NCBI GenBank assembly: GCA_051251915.1
Contig: JBPOGF010000017.1
Location: forward strand, 39,863 to 103,862
From: Akkermansiaceae bacterium
GTDB lineage: Bacteria > Verrucomicrobiota > Verrucomicrobiia > Verrucomicrobiales > Akkermansiaceae
Length of the DNA: 64,000 nt
Reading direction: 5' to 3'
The notes under the pieces: generated by a model
The model's database searches: none
What the model was told of the DNA's origin: nothing
Seen by the model: only the letters and a program-made list of their open reading frames with translations
Position numbers and translations under genes: made by a program
In this document: positions 30,185 through 40,728 of the stretch, one piece after another
How positions within the stretch are numbered: position 1 is the first letter of the stretch
Layout of the letters: the number at the start of each line of letters is the position of its first letter

Positions 30185-30502
30185 ATGAATGCATTAGAAA
30201 TAGACCGTAAACGTAGGTTTTGGCGGAGGGTTCTGGTTGTGGGGATAATGGTAATAGTGATCGCGTTGATGGCGATTGTGGCTATGTATGCTTCTGGGAT
30301 GGCTGATGCTAGGGTAGCGGTGGCCAATGGCTCAGAAATGGAGCAGGAGATAGCTTTGTTGGGGGCTAGAAGAGAGCTTCTTTTTGGGGTGGTGAAGTGG
30401 CTTGCACCTACGGGTTTATTATCATCTTTGATGATCAATGTGGCGCGATACAAGCTCAGAAAGCTGAAAAAGATCGAAAATGAAGTAGTTTACTCACATT
30501 AG
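30185..30502 (+). CDS. Hypothetical two-TM membrane protein
   Basis: ATG 6 nt after HIT stop; two hydrophobic segments. Confidence 0.55.
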   Translation: MNALEIDRKRRFWRRVLVVGIMVIVIALMAIVAMYASGMADARVAVANGSEMEQEIALLGARRELLFGVVKWLAPTGLLSSLMINVARYKLRKLKKIENEVVYSH

Positions 30503-30593
30503 GCTTGAAAATCTCTTCATTTTGTGTTTATTGACCTACCGCTACCCGCATAACAGCCACTTAACTTTTAACATATTATCACTGAGACTTATC

Positions 30594-30863
30594 ATGGAAG
30601 AATCGAACATCATACCGTTTGACCAATCCGAAGAGTCCAGTGGAACACCAAAATCACCTATGAAAAGCAGCCTCGTAGACCAAGCAGCAGAGATCGTAAA
30701 AGATCCACAAGTTCTCGTTAACATCGTTTCACAGCGTGTTCGTCAGCTCAATTCAGGAAGAGCGCCACTTATAGACGCTTTGCCATCTATGGGTGCAGCA
30801 GACATCGCTCTCACTGAAATCATTGAGGGCAAAATAGTGGTGACTCCGGCTGAGAGCGTCTAA
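30594..30863 (+). CDS. rpoZ: RNA polymerase omega subunit
   Basis: LVNIVSQRVRQL...DIALTEIIEGKI; start ATG 30594 or 30660. Confidence 0.8.
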   Translation: MEESNIIPFDQSEESSGTPKSPMKSSLVDQAAEIVKDPQVLVNIVSQRVRQLNSGRAPLIDALPSMGAADIALTEIIEGKIVVTPAESV

Positions 30864-30906
30864 TATTTACGGCTATATTTTATAGCTAACCAACCCTTAT
30901 AAATTC

Positions 30907-31365
30907 ATGAGTGCAGAAATTTCTAAAAACCGGAAAGCTCGTCATGAATATCTTATTTTAAATACCTATGAGGCAGGTATTGAGCTTAAAGGTACTGAGG
31001 TGAAGTCTATCCGTGCCGGTAAGGTGAATATTACGGATGCTTTTGCACGCGTTGATCATGATCAACTTTACTTACATGGGTGTGATATCCAACCATGGGA
31101 GACTGCTGGACCATGGTTTCAGCATATGTCTAAGAGGCCGAGACGGCTTTTGGTTCATAAGTCTGAGCTGCTGAAGATAGACCAGCTTACAGGTCAGAAA
31201 GGCTGCACACTTGTTTGCTTGCGGATGTATTGGAAAAACAGGCGAGTGAAGGTGGAGATAGGTGTGGCGCAAGGTAAGACTCATGCAGATAAACGGCATG
31301 CTCTGAAGAACCAAGTTGAAATGCGTGAGGCTCAGCGCGAGGTTGCTAAGTTCAATCGCCAGTAA
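30907..31365 (+). CDS. smpB: SsrA-binding protein
   Basis: NRKARHEY, EAGIELKGTEVKSIR, GKTHADKR. Confidence 0.97.
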   Translation: MSAEISKNRKARHEYLILNTYEAGIELKGTEVKSIRAGKVNITDAFARVDHDQLYLHGCDIQPWETAGPWFQHMSKRPRRLLVHKSELLKIDQLTGQKGCTLVCLRMYWKNRRVKVEIGVAQGKTHADKRHALKNQVEMREAQREVAKFNRQ

Positions 31366-31372
31366 TTGATTC

Positions 31373-32116
31373 ATGGCTGATCAGAATTTTACTAAACCTG
31401 TTATCGTACTCGTGCAGACTCAGATGGCTGTGAACATAGGCATGTGTGCTAGGGCGATGCTGAATTGTGGGCTTGATGAGTTGCGTCTAGTGGCGCCCAG
31501 AGATGGTTGGCCAAATGAGGATGCCATTGCACCGGCTACTGATGCGAGGGGCGTGGTGGAATCTGCAAAAGTTTACAATACCGTGGCGGAAGCTGTGGCT
31601 GATTGTCATCAGGTCTATGCGGCCACTGCTAGAATCCGACATCTCAATACTCCCGCAGTGACTGCGGCGGAAGCGGCGAGTGAAATGCACCAGGCAAGTG
31701 TGAATAGTGATGGGGGGAGCCGTCCAGCGATATTATTTGGCCCTGAGGCATCTGGTTTAGATAATGATGCGATGTCTCATGCTGACAGGTTGCTTCATTA
31801 CCCGATGAATCCAGAGTTTACCTCGCTAAATTTAGCTCAAGCCGTGTTGCTTTTTTCATGGGAGTGGTGGAGCACTAGATCTGGGGCTACTGTGACATAC
31901 GCGCAAGACTGGCAAGCTGCTCCAAGGGCTGAGCTGGATCATTACTTGCACCGGCTTGAAGACGAGCTAGAAAAATCTGGATTCTTTCCGAACTCCGAAA
32001 AGCGACCGAACACGATGCAGAAGATACGTGCTCTATTCAGCCGCTCAAATCCTAGCTCACAAGAAGTGAAGAGCTTGCAGGGGATCGTGTCTGCTTTGAC
32101 GTCAAAGCGCCGTTGA
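31373..32116 (+). CDS. TrmJ/LasT family SPOUT RNA methyltransferase
   Basis: NIGMCARAMLNCG, FGPEASGLDN, SLNLAQAV. Confidence 0.9.
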   Translation: MADQNFTKPVIVLVQTQMAVNIGMCARAMLNCGLDELRLVAPRDGWPNEDAIAPATDARGVVESAKVYNTVAEAVADCHQVYAATARIRHLNTPAVTAAEAASEMHQASVNSDGGSRPAILFGPEASGLDNDAMSHADRLLHYPMNPEFTSLNLAQAVLLFSWEWWSTRSGATVTYAQDWQAAPRAELDHYLHRLEDELEKSGFFPNSEKRPNTMQKIRALFSRSNPSSQEVKSLQGIVSALTSKRR

Positions 32117-32277
32117 AGATGAGGTTGTGCTGGAGTTACCTGCTTAGATCTAGCATTTCATCGGGGGGAGCTCCTTGAATATAGACAGAATCTGCTGACT
32201 TGCCTTTTGCTTGCCAATTCAGATGGTTAGTGCATTGTGTTTCCCAACTACCCAGCAGATACGACAGCTACTTTCGC

Positions 32278-33042
32278 ATGATGAAATTTACGCTCAAAAA
32301 GAAATCCAATGATAAAACTGCCTTAGGCGATGATTTAGCAAAGCTAAAAATCCCTGAGCATGTGGCTATCATTATGGATGGCAATGGTCGCTGGGCTAAG
32401 AAACGTGGTTTGCCTCGTGTGGCGGGGCACCGCGCTGGTGCAGACTCTGTGAGGAAGATTGTAGAATCTTGTGATGCTTTAGGGGTAAGGTTTCTGACGT
32501 TGTATGCATTTTCATCAGAAAACTGGGCTAGACCCGAGCAGGAAGTGAAGGCGCTGATGGGGCTATTGGAAAAATTTCTTAAGGATAAGACTCCTGAAAT
32601 GATGGAGGATAACGTCAAACTCACAGCTATAGGGCGCTTGGATAGGCTTCCTGCGCATGTTCGCGATGAGCTTGATAGGGCGATCGCTACAACTTCCTCA
32701 AATACGGGAGTGACCATGAATCTAGCGCTGTCATATGGCGGGCGAGAAGAGATAGTGGATGCGGCTAAACAGTTAGTGCGAAAGGCTGCCGAGGGGGAAA
32801 TCACCGCTGATGATGTAGATAACTCGCTGTTTTGCGCACATATGTATACTGCAGGTATGCCTGACCCAGATTTATTGATTCGCACATCGGGTGAGGTGAG
32901 GCTTTCTAACTTTCTACTTTGGCAGCTAAGTTATGCCGAGATCGTGATCACTGATAAACTCTGGCCAGATTTCCGCCATGATGCTTTTGTCGATGCATTA
33001 CGCGAATATACCAAACGAGATCGTAGATTTGGTAAACTATAA
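32278..33042 (+). CDS. uppS: Undecaprenyl diphosphate synthase
   Basis: HVAIIMDGNGRWA, AFSSENW, LIRTSGEVRLSNFLLWQ, RRFG. Confidence 0.97.
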   Translation: MMKFTLKKKSNDKTALGDDLAKLKIPEHVAIIMDGNGRWAKKRGLPRVAGHRAGADSVRKIVESCDALGVRFLTLYAFSSENWARPEQEVKALMGLLEKFLKDKTPEMMEDNVKLTAIGRLDRLPAHVRDELDRAIATTSSNTGVTMNLALSYGGREEIVDAAKQLVRKAAEGEITADDVDNSLFCAHMYTAGMPDPDLLIRTSGEVRLSNFLLWQLSYAEIVITDKLWPDFRHDAFVDALREYTKRDRRFGKL

Positions 33043-33060
33043 ACTTTTATTTGAAACACC

Positions 33061-34473
33061 ATGGAGCGTTATTTATTACTTTTAGACCAAGATCATGATT
33101 ACTTAGACTGGGCGGCGAATAAGCTAGCGGCTAAGGGGATCAGGGTGCTTAAATGTGACGATGCTGAAAAAGCGCTCCAAGTGATTGAGAAGGTCGATGT
33201 GGAGATAGCAATAGTCGACATGTTGATGCCTACTAATGATGGCGGTAACGGGCTCACGGTGCTCAAGAAAATAAAGGCTCAGGCTAAAAATTGGTCTGAG
33301 ATGCTTTTTATTGTCACGGCTAGTTTTCCGACGGCAGCGCAATTGATCGATGCTACCCAGCTTGGGGCGCATGATATTTTAAAGAAAGAATCTCTGACCT
33401 TTGAGCTCAAAAAAGTAGTAGAGGAGGCTTGGCAGGTTATTGATGCACGCAAGCTAGTGGAGAATTCTCTGCCGAACAAAAATGAGATGGCAAAAGACAA
33501 TGACGTCATTGGTTCATCTAAGGCGTTTCAAGATCTCTTTAAACTTGTAGGTAAGGTGGCGCAGACAGATGCTCCGGTTCTAGTTACTGGTGAGAGCGGG
33601 ACGGGTAAGGAGCTGGTCGCTAAGTCGGTGCATCAGTATTCTCCGAGAAGCCGTGAGGAAATGATAGCGTTGAACTGTGGAGCTATACCGGATAATTTGT
33701 TAGAGAGTGAGCTTTTTGGCCATGAAAAAGGTGCTTTTACTGGAGCTGGCTTCAAGCGTATAGGCAGATTCGAGCAATGTAATAATGGCACGCTTTTTCT
33801 GGATGAGATAGGAGATATGCCTCTGAGTGTGCAGGTGAAGCTGCTTCGCGTGCTACAGGAAGGAACTTATTCACGTGTTGGTGGTAATGAGGTATTAAGT
33901 ACAGATGTAAGGATCGTGGCAGCGACTAATAAAAATTTAGCAGTAGAGGTGGCTGAGGGAAGATTCCGTGAGGATCTTTATTACCGACTCAATGTTGTAG
34001 AGCTCCACATTCCACCACTCCGTGAGCGCGTGGATGATATCCCTCAGTTGGCGGAATTTTTCCTCAAGAAAATAATGAAGCGGCAAGGTGCGGCGGCTAG
34101 TAAGGGCGGCAATATGCGGATCTCAGCAGAAGCCATCGAGAAGCTTTGTATTCAACCGTGGCCGGGAAATATCCGTGAATTAGAGAATACCATTGCGCGT
34201 GCATGTGCCTTAGCTGGCTCAGACGTGCTTCTGCCAGATGACATAGTGCTTGCTGAGTCCACCCGTAGGCCGATAGTAAGTACCATCTCTCCAGCTGATG
34301 TTCAGCGGATCATGTCTCAAGCTCCAAAAGGTGAAAATGTTTTATCATGGATTACCAGTAAAATTATCGAGGAGAGTGTCTCTGCTGCTGAGGGGGATCT
34401 TGCTGTGGTGGCTAAGAAGCTAAATGTAAGTAAAGCTGAGTTGCAAAAGCTGTTAGCTAAAGTGGCGAGCTAA
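33061..34473 (+). CDS. Sigma-54-dependent response regulator (NtrC family)
   Basis: Receiver domain, GESGTGKE, GAFTGA, FLDEIG, WPGNIREL. Confidence 0.93.
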   Translation: MERYLLLLDQDHDYLDWAANKLAAKGIRVLKCDDAEKALQVIEKVDVEIAIVDMLMPTNDGGNGLTVLKKIKAQAKNWSEMLFIVTASFPTAAQLIDATQLGAHDILKKESLTFELKKVVEEAWQVIDARKLVENSLPNKNEMAKDNDVIGSSKAFQDLFKLVGKVAQTDAPVLVTGESGTGKELVAKSVHQYSPRSREEMIALNCGAIPDNLLESELFGHEKGAFTGAGFKRIGRFEQCNNGTLFLDEIGDMPLSVQVKLLRVLQEGTYSRVGGNEVLSTDVRIVAATNKNLAVEVAEGRFREDLYYRLNVVELHIPPLRERVDDIPQLAEFFLKKIMKRQGAAASKGGNMRISAEAIEKLCIQPWPGNIRELENTIARACALAGSDVLLPDDIVLAESTRRPIVSTISPADVQRIMSQAPKGENVLSWITSKIIEESVSAAEGDLAVVAKKLNVSKAELQKLLAKVAS

Positions 34474-34609
34474 TATTGTAAATAGCTTGGTAAGGGTATT
34501 TTCACTAGGTGATTATTGTTAATAATTTAGCGATTATATTCTACATGTGATGTGATTTCTCAATGATTAGAATGATGATATAAATATTTTTCATTTCTTC
34601 TGCTCATTG

Positions 34610-35162
34610 ATGACCTCTCATATCTGTTCCATACTAGGAACGTGTTCTCTTTGTATAGCAACTTCTGAGCCTGTATCTATGGCGATGATGAATAAGGTAT
34701 GTTTGATGGCTATGCCTCATCTAGTAGCGGCTTATGTCCGCTGAGGTATGAGTAATCCCATTGCGTTTTTTAATCAGGCTTTAGGCAATATTTCATAGGA
34801 CCAAGGAAATACAGCACAGTAAGATGCTGAGTTGTTTGCGATCAGTCACTGGTGCTCATGAAGGGGATAATGATGGAAACGCTGGAACTGCGGGTGATAT
34901 TAATTGGACAGAGCTTGGTGCACCAGATGCTGAGAGCTCGTTTAGCACATTAAGTAGGGCGATGGAGGAGAATGGTCGTAGCCGAGTCTATTTAGGAATA
35001 CATTTTGATTTTGATGACACGGTGGGGCAGGAAGTAGGTAAAGAGATAGCGGGCTATATTTATGATAATGATTTCGTTGCGGCATACTATGTTCCTGAAC
35101 CTAGTGCTTTAATGCTCCTGTTCTGAGGATTAGGATTTTGTGTGGTGCGCCGTTCTCGTTAA
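34610..35162 (+). pseudogene. Collapsed vanadium haloperoxidase/PAP2-like PEP-CTERM pseudogene
   Basis: Collinear fragments SMAMMN..MFDGY, NPIAFFNQALGNIS*DQGNTAQ*DAELFA, RSVTG..DGNAGTAGDINW, EENGRSRVYLGIHF, VPEPSALMLLF*GLGFCVVRRSR; stops at 34796, 34820, 35124; SGH catalytic segment missing. Confidence 0.75.
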
Positions 35163-35294
35163 TTTAGTGGGTGGATTGATCGTGAAATGAGAAGTTTTCA
35201 GCTCAATTGAGAGGTGTTAGAGCTTAAGATGAGTAATTGGTAATACAGGTTTTACAGGTGAGGCTGGCTAATTAGTAGGAGGAAAAAGCGGTAC

Positions 35295-35322
35295 TTGCCA
35301 TGAAGGTAAATTGAGCTAGTAT
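35295..35322 (+). promoter_or_regulatory. Sigma-70-type promoter of pyk
   Basis: TTGCCA-N16-TAGTAT followed by CGCGCCC. Confidence 0.5.
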
Positions 35323-35377
35323 CGCGCCCAACACACATGAGGTGAAATCTCACCCTAACTATTTACAACACACAATT

Positions 35378-36778
35378 ATGTTCCGCAAAACTAGTATTAT
35401 CATCACACTTGGGCCAGCAACAGACTCACCAGAACGCTTGGGAGAGTGCATCGACGCGGGAGCAAATGTCTTCCGTCTAAACATGAGTCACGCACAGCAT
35501 GATTGGTGTAGAACTGTGGTAGCAGACATCAGAAGAATCGCTGAGGAAAAGAAAAAGCACGCGGCTATCCTTTTTGACCTTCAGGGGCCATCTATCCGAA
35601 CAGGAGATCTAGACGCTCCGTATCAGCTTAAAGTTGGTGACAAATTTGAGATCAGGAAGCAGTCTGCTGAGGCATCTATCCCATTCTCTACCACTGTTAA
35701 CTACGAAGGTATGATGGATGATGTAGCTCAGGGAGCTACACTAGTAGTGGATAACGGCACAATGCTAATGGAGATTGAAGAGAAACATGATGACCGCCTC
35801 ATCTGTAATGTTCTCACAGCGGGTAAAATTGGCAACCGTCGTCACATCAACCTTCCTGGTACACGACTTAATCTCCCAGCTCTCACAGAAAAAGATCACA
35901 AGGATCTGAAAGTAGCCGTAGAATGTAAGGCTGACTTTATTGCGGGTTCATTCGTTCGTGATGCAGCTCACGTGAATGAGCTTAGAACTGCGATGGAAAA
36001 ACTTGGAGGTAGAGCAAATATTATTTCTAAGGTAGAAGATCAAGAAGCGATCAAGAACATCGATGACATCATCGTAGCTTCTGACGTGATCATGATTGCA
36101 CGTGGTGATTTAGGTATTGAGGTGCATGTGGAAGAGTTGCCTATCATTCAGCGTCAGATTGTTAACCGTTGTCACGTTCTTGGTAGACGAGTGATCGTGG
36201 CGACTCACATGCTTGAGTCTATGATCACAAACCCTACGCCAACACGTGCGGAGGTGACTGATGTTTCCACAGCGGTGTATGAAGAGGCAGATGCTATCAT
36301 GCTTAGTGGTGAAACTTCAGTTGGTGAGCATCCTATCCGTTGTATCGAAACTCTCCACCGAATCTCGATGCGTATGGAGCGTGCTGGTTCTATCGGTAAT
36401 GGTAAGCTAGCAGTTCTAGAAACTGATAAGCAAAAAGTAGTTCACGCGGCATTAAGTCTTGCTGATTCTATGCCTAGTGCTGAGATAGTGGTCTTCACTC
36501 GTCGTGGACTCATGGCTACCCAGTGTGCACTTCTTAGACCTGCAGCTACGATTCACGCGTTTGCTCCTGAGGCTATTGTGTGTCGTCAGCTTGCACTTGC
36601 TCGTGGAATTGAGCCTAACGCGATTCCTTTCCACGAAGCTCCACTAGACACAATTAATGATGCTGTTACTTTCATGAGAGAAAATGAGATAGTGGCGGAA
36701 GGCACACCACTTATCGTCGTCTCTGATACTCTTCGCCAAAGCAAGATGGTGGACTCCATCCTGCTTATCTATGCGTAA
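35378..36778 (+). CDS. pyk: Pyruvate kinase
   Basis: TLGPAT, RLNMSH, DLQGP, MIARGDLG, PTRAEVTDV, MLSGET. Confidence 0.97.
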   Translation: MFRKTSIIITLGPATDSPERLGECIDAGANVFRLNMSHAQHDWCRTVVADIRRIAEEKKKHAAILFDLQGPSIRTGDLDAPYQLKVGDKFEIRKQSAEASIPFSTTVNYEGMMDDVAQGATLVVDNGTMLMEIEEKHDDRLICNVLTAGKIGNRRHINLPGTRLNLPALTEKDHKDLKVAVECKADFIAGSFVRDAAHVNELRTAMEKLGGRANIISKVEDQEAIKNIDDIIVASDVIMIARGDLGIEVHVEELPIIQRQIVNRCHVLGRRVIVATHMLESMITNPTPTRAEVTDVSTAVYEEADAIMLSGETSVGEHPIRCIETLHRISMRMERAGSIGNGKLAVLETDKQKVVHAALSLADSMPSAEIVVFTRRGLMATQCALLRPAATIHAFAPEAIVCRQLALARGIEPNAIPFHEAPLDTINDAVTFMRENEIVAEGTPLIVVSDTLRQSKMVDSILLIYA

Positions 36779-37589
36779 GATAGACATCGAAAATTTAGAC
36801 CATACGCAGGCACTATTACAGTGCTTGCGCGCTTCACCGCTTCTCGTAGATCATCTACCAGAGGCGGTTTGTTTTGATAGATGTAAGTTTTCCAACGGGG
36901 GTGAAATTCCTCACTTAAACTACGAGCAGAAACTAGGGCATCTCTACGAAGATGCATTGGAGTATTTGTTGACCCAGTCTTCTGAAATAAATCTGTTAGG
37001 GAAGAGTATCCAGATTTTTAATGAAGATAGGATCACCCTTGGCGAGTTAGATTATCTTCTGGAAGATCGCTGCACGGGAGAGTTTATCCATTTGGAACTT
37101 GCTGTGAAATTCTACCTCATCCGCTATGATAATGGTGAAGTGAGATTTCCTGGGCCAGACCCGAGAGATAATTGGCTTAATAAGCTGGCTCGGTTGCAGG
37201 AGCATCAGCTGAAGTTAACTCAGTTGTCAGCAGCAAAGAAGTTTTTGTTAGATGAGCATGGTATTACATCTATTATCCCGCAGCAGCTCATTTACGGGAA
37301 ACTTTTCGACCACTACCGAGCTAATGAGCAACCTAGTCCACCGGCTATGCATCCGGATTGTCAGCGGGGGACGTGGAAATATCTTGGTGAGTGGAAGAGG
37401 GAATCCAAGGAGAAGGAAATTACCATTATTCCTAAGCACTTGTGGCCTGTGGAACTAGGGGATTTGCGTTTTTCTCTGATGTCTGTTTCTAGAGGAGATT
37501 TTATTTCAGAGGCTTCCCAGCGCTGCACAATGATCTGGGATAATGAGACTAACAACACGCAATTTATAGCCCCAGATACTTGGTTATGA
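36771..37589 (+). CDS. DUF1853 family protein (PD-(D/E)XK-like)
   Basis: KLGHLYE, TLGELDYL, HLELAVKFY, GPDPRD. Confidence 0.8.
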   Translation: MRKIDIENLDHTQALLQCLRASPLLVDHLPEAVCFDRCKFSNGGEIPHLNYEQKLGHLYEDALEYLLTQSSEINLLGKSIQIFNEDRITLGELDYLLEDRCTGEFIHLELAVKFYLIRYDNGEVRFPGPDPRDNWLNKLARLQEHQLKLTQLSAAKKFLLDEHGITSIIPQQLIYGKLFDHYRANEQPSPPAMHPDCQRGTWKYLGEWKRESKEKEITIIPKHLWPVELGDLRFSLMSVSRGDFISEASQRCTMIWDNETNNTQFIAPDTWL

Positions 37590-38272
37590 GGTTAGATAAA
37601 TGGGTTCAGAAATTCAAGAGGTGTGGGAAGTCAGAAGGTCGGCGACTGATTGCATCTGGTGAGGTGCTGGTGGATGGTGAACCGGTGCGAGATTCTCTAT
37701 TTGATATCACGCGTTTCCATGAGATTGAAATTTCTGGTGAGTCTGCTCAATCAAATCATGCGTATTATATCATGCTGAATAAGCCTGTCGGCTGTGTGAG
37801 TGCGACTACTGATCCTGAACATCAGACGGTGGTGGATTTGATCGATGAGGAATATGCTAGTGTGTTGCACCTTGCGGGACGGTTAGATAAGGAGTCGACT
37901 GGGCTGACTATCCTGACTAATGATGGGCAGTGGTCTAGGCTGATCACTGAGCCAGATGAGTCGATACCTAAGACGTATCTGGTGACGACGGATAAGGAGA
38001 TAACGCCAGAAACGGTCACGGCATTTGCTGATGGATTTTACTTCGCTTATGAGGATCTTACCACGCTTCCAGCTGAGTTAGAAATACTTAGCTCTAGGAG
38101 CGCCAGGGTTGTTATATATGAGGGGAAATATCATCAGATCAAGCGAATGTTTCACGCGGTGGGGAATCGGATCACTTCGCTTCACCGGGAGAGAATAGGT
38201 GGTATCGTTCTCGATGAAGACTTACCATTAGGTAGCTACAGATCTCTAACAAAAGAAGAAATCAATTTCTGA
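37586..38272 (+). CDS. rsuA: 16S rRNA pseudouridine(516) synthase
   Basis: S4 domain MRLDK, NKPVG, GRLDKESTGL, EGKYHQIKRMF. Confidence 0.9.
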   Translation: MRLDKWVQKFKRCGKSEGRRLIASGEVLVDGEPVRDSLFDITRFHEIEISGESAQSNHAYYIMLNKPVGCVSATTDPEHQTVVDLIDEEYASVLHLAGRLDKESTGLTILTNDGQWSRLITEPDESIPKTYLVTTDKEITPETVTAFADGFYFAYEDLTTLPAELEILSSRSARVVIYEGKYHQIKRMFHAVGNRITSLHRERIGGIVLDEDLPLGSYRSLTKEEINF

Positions 38273-38338
38273 GAATCCCACTAGCTAGCGGACTTTCATC
38301 TTTACTCATGTGAGTGGAGTGGGCATTGTTTGTAGCGA

Positions 38339-40720
38339 ATGGTCGGGGCTATTACATGGAGGGCAATAGGGGTAGGAATTCTAGTTGGGATTTCTAGCTG
38401 GGGGATGTGTCAAAATTTAGAGGATAATGTTCGTGAGGATAGTGACCCTGTCGGCGAACTAGAGGCGGGGGGGCTGAATATTCAGATTGTGCCTGCAATG
38501 CCAGAAATGCCGAAGAACATTAGGGTTCGGTCCAGTTTCTTTAAGTGGCAGAATGAGCAAGAGCTGCTAAACTATGAGGGGCTGGTGCAGATCTTTGGTG
38601 ACAATGGCTTGCAGATGTTTGCTGACCGAGCGGAGCTTAATTTTAAGACAAAAGTGGTGCGGGTATTTGGTAATGTAGAGATTTATCAAGGGGCGGTGGT
38701 CTATCGTGGTCAATCGGCACTCTATCATTATGATACGAATAAACTAGATACTAGGGATTTGACCATTAGCTTAGATCCTATTCTATTGAAGGCGGGATCA
38801 GTAAAGCAAGTGGAGCACAAGGGGAGGGAGGTATTTATCGCACGAGATGCTGCGATCACCACACATGATGTAAAGAGGCCTAATTACTGGATGAAGGCTG
38901 ATAAAATCACGGTGTATCCGAAGGAGAAGGTGACATTTAACAAGATGAGCTTCATGGTTGGGGACCGAACATTGTTGTGGTTACCTTATTTTTCACAGAG
39001 TCTGGACCAAGATCTAGGTTATCATTTTATCCCAGGCTCTCGTTCTAGCTGGGGTCCATTTCTGATGAATAGGTATGGAGTGATGCTAGGAGGTGAACTG
39101 GATGAGGAGACGGAACAGCGTGAAGATGCATGGTTGCTCGCACAGTTTTTGTTTGATCTTCGTTATGAGCGTGGCTTGGGAACCGGGGTTGATTTATTTG
39201 ACCAGCGGCTGGAAGATAATGAGAATCTGGGGTGGCTTAAATTGTATTATACGAATGATTTAGACCCATCTCAGTCGAGGTCAGGAGTCACACGTGGAGC
39301 GGTGAATGAGGATAGGTATAGAGTAGAGTTTAAGAATAGGTTTGAGCAAACAAGCATGGTGGATTCGAAGTCGACGATCTATACGGATGTGAATATGACG
39401 TGGCTAAGTGATCGCTATTATCTAGAAGATTTTGAGCCTGGGGTTTATACATATAATCCACAGCCTGATAATACCATCGGGGTGTATCGTAAAACTGAGG
39501 GTTCACTGGCTGGGGTTTATGCAAGGTTCCGGCTGAATGATTTCTATAGAACCGATAGTCGTTTACCTGAAGTGTTCTATGAGAGAACGAGGCGACCGAT
39601 CGGAGAGAGCAAGGTGTTCTACCAGGGACGAACTTCAATGGGCTTTTACCGTGAGGACCTGGCGGACTTCAGGCAGGATGAACTACGCACCTTTCAGAGT
39701 TTCTTGCTTGAGGGTGATCCTCGGATTGCTGAAATTGATGCTATACTGGAGAAGCGGGATTTTTTGAGATTTCACACCTGGCACGAGGTGAGTCGCACGT
39801 TTAGACCCTTCAATGGTGTGACCGTAACTCCTAGAGCAGGGCTCGGGTATAGCCGCTATTGGCAAGAGGGGCCTGATGACACTGAGGCTAGCAGGAGGTT
39901 GGCATACGCTGGTGTGGAGAGTTCATTGAAGTTTGTAAAAGCTTACCCAGGGGTGATTAATAAGAAGTGGGGGCTGGACGGTTTGCTCCATGTTAACCAA
40001 CCGTATACCAATGTATCGGTCTTATCTACAAATCAGTTGGATAGCTCATTTGGGAGAATTGACAGGCTGACTCCTACGACAAGACTGAGATCAATCGATG
40101 TGGGTTCATTTTCAGCACTCGATGAGATGAATAGTTGGTCAGTGGCGCGTCTGGGGGTTTACAATGAATTGCTAACTAAGCGAGATGGGGGAACTCATGC
40201 ATGGTTGACGATGAATACCTATTTTGACTATTTCATGACTGATCCAGAGTTAGATAGGATTTATTCTAACCTTTATAATGATATTTATTGGCACCCACTT
40301 CCTTGGATGGCGGCGAGTGTGGAAATGCAGTTTCCTATCTTGGGTGGTGGTTCGGGATTCACTGAAGTCGCACCTGGAATAAGGTTTATGCCTAATGAGG
40401 ACTGGGAGGTGACATTTAATTATCGTTTGCTTAATGGCCACCCTACACTAGAGGATAGCAGTCGAGTGGATGCCCGTGTTTATACAAGGCTTAATGAGTA
40501 TTGGGGCTTTGATACTTACCATCAGTGGGAGTTGGATGATAATACGTTGGAGATGCAACAGTATCGAATTTATCGAGATTTTGATAGCTGGATTGCTTCA
40601 CTAGGTGTGCTGAAAAGGGATAACCGAACAAGTAATGAGTTCAGTGTTCTATTAGGATTCACTCTGAAGGATTTCCCATCCATTAACCTCCCGCTGACAA
40701 TCGATCAGAATGATGATTAG
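38339..40720 (+). CDS. lptD: LPS assembly protein LptD
   Basis: N-terminal beta-jellyroll (OstA-like) region, WLPYF, long amphipathic beta-barrel. Confidence 0.75.
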   Translation: MVGAITWRAIGVGILVGISSWGMCQNLEDNVREDSDPVGELEAGGLNIQIVPAMPEMPKNIRVRSSFFKWQNEQELLNYEGLVQIFGDNGLQMFADRAELNFKTKVVRVFGNVEIYQGAVVYRGQSALYHYDTNKLDTRDLTISLDPILLKAGSVKQVEHKGREVFIARDAAITTHDVKRPNYWMKADKITVYPKEKVTFNKMSFMVGDRTLLWLPYFSQSLDQDLGYHFIPGSRSSWGPFLMNRYGVMLGGELDEETEQREDAWLLAQFLFDLRYERGLGTGVDLFDQRLEDNENLGWLKLYYTNDLDPSQSRSGVTRGAVNEDRYRVEFKNRFEQTSMVDSKSTIYTDVNMTWLSDRYYLEDFEPGVYTYNPQPDNTIGVYRKTEGSLAGVYARFRLNDFYRTDSRLPEVFYERTRRPIGESKVFYQGRTSMGFYREDLADFRQDELRTFQSFLLEGDPRIAEIDAILEKRDFLRFHTWHEVSRTFRPFNGVTVTPRAGLGYSRYWQEGPDDTEASRRLAYAGVESSLKFVKAYPGVINKKWGLDGLLHVNQPYTNVSVLSTNQLDSSFGRIDRLTPTTRLRSIDVGSFSALDEMNSWSVARLGVYNELLTKRDGGTHAWLTMNTYFDYFMTDPELDRIYSNLYNDIYWHPLPWMAASVEMQFPILGGGSGFTEVAPGIRFMPNEDWEVTFNYRLLNGHPTLEDSSRVDARVYTRLNEYWGFDTYHQWELDDNTLEMQQYRIYRDFDSWIASLGVLKRDNRTSNEFSVLLGFTLKDFPSINLPLTIDQNDD

Positions 40721-40728
40721 TAAAATTT

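Noticed and set aside
35124..35126. In-frame TGA as possible selenocysteine or readthrough
   Set aside because: It falls in a PEP-CTERM TM helix of a gene with other stops, frameshifts and deletions, so a nonsense mutation is simpler.
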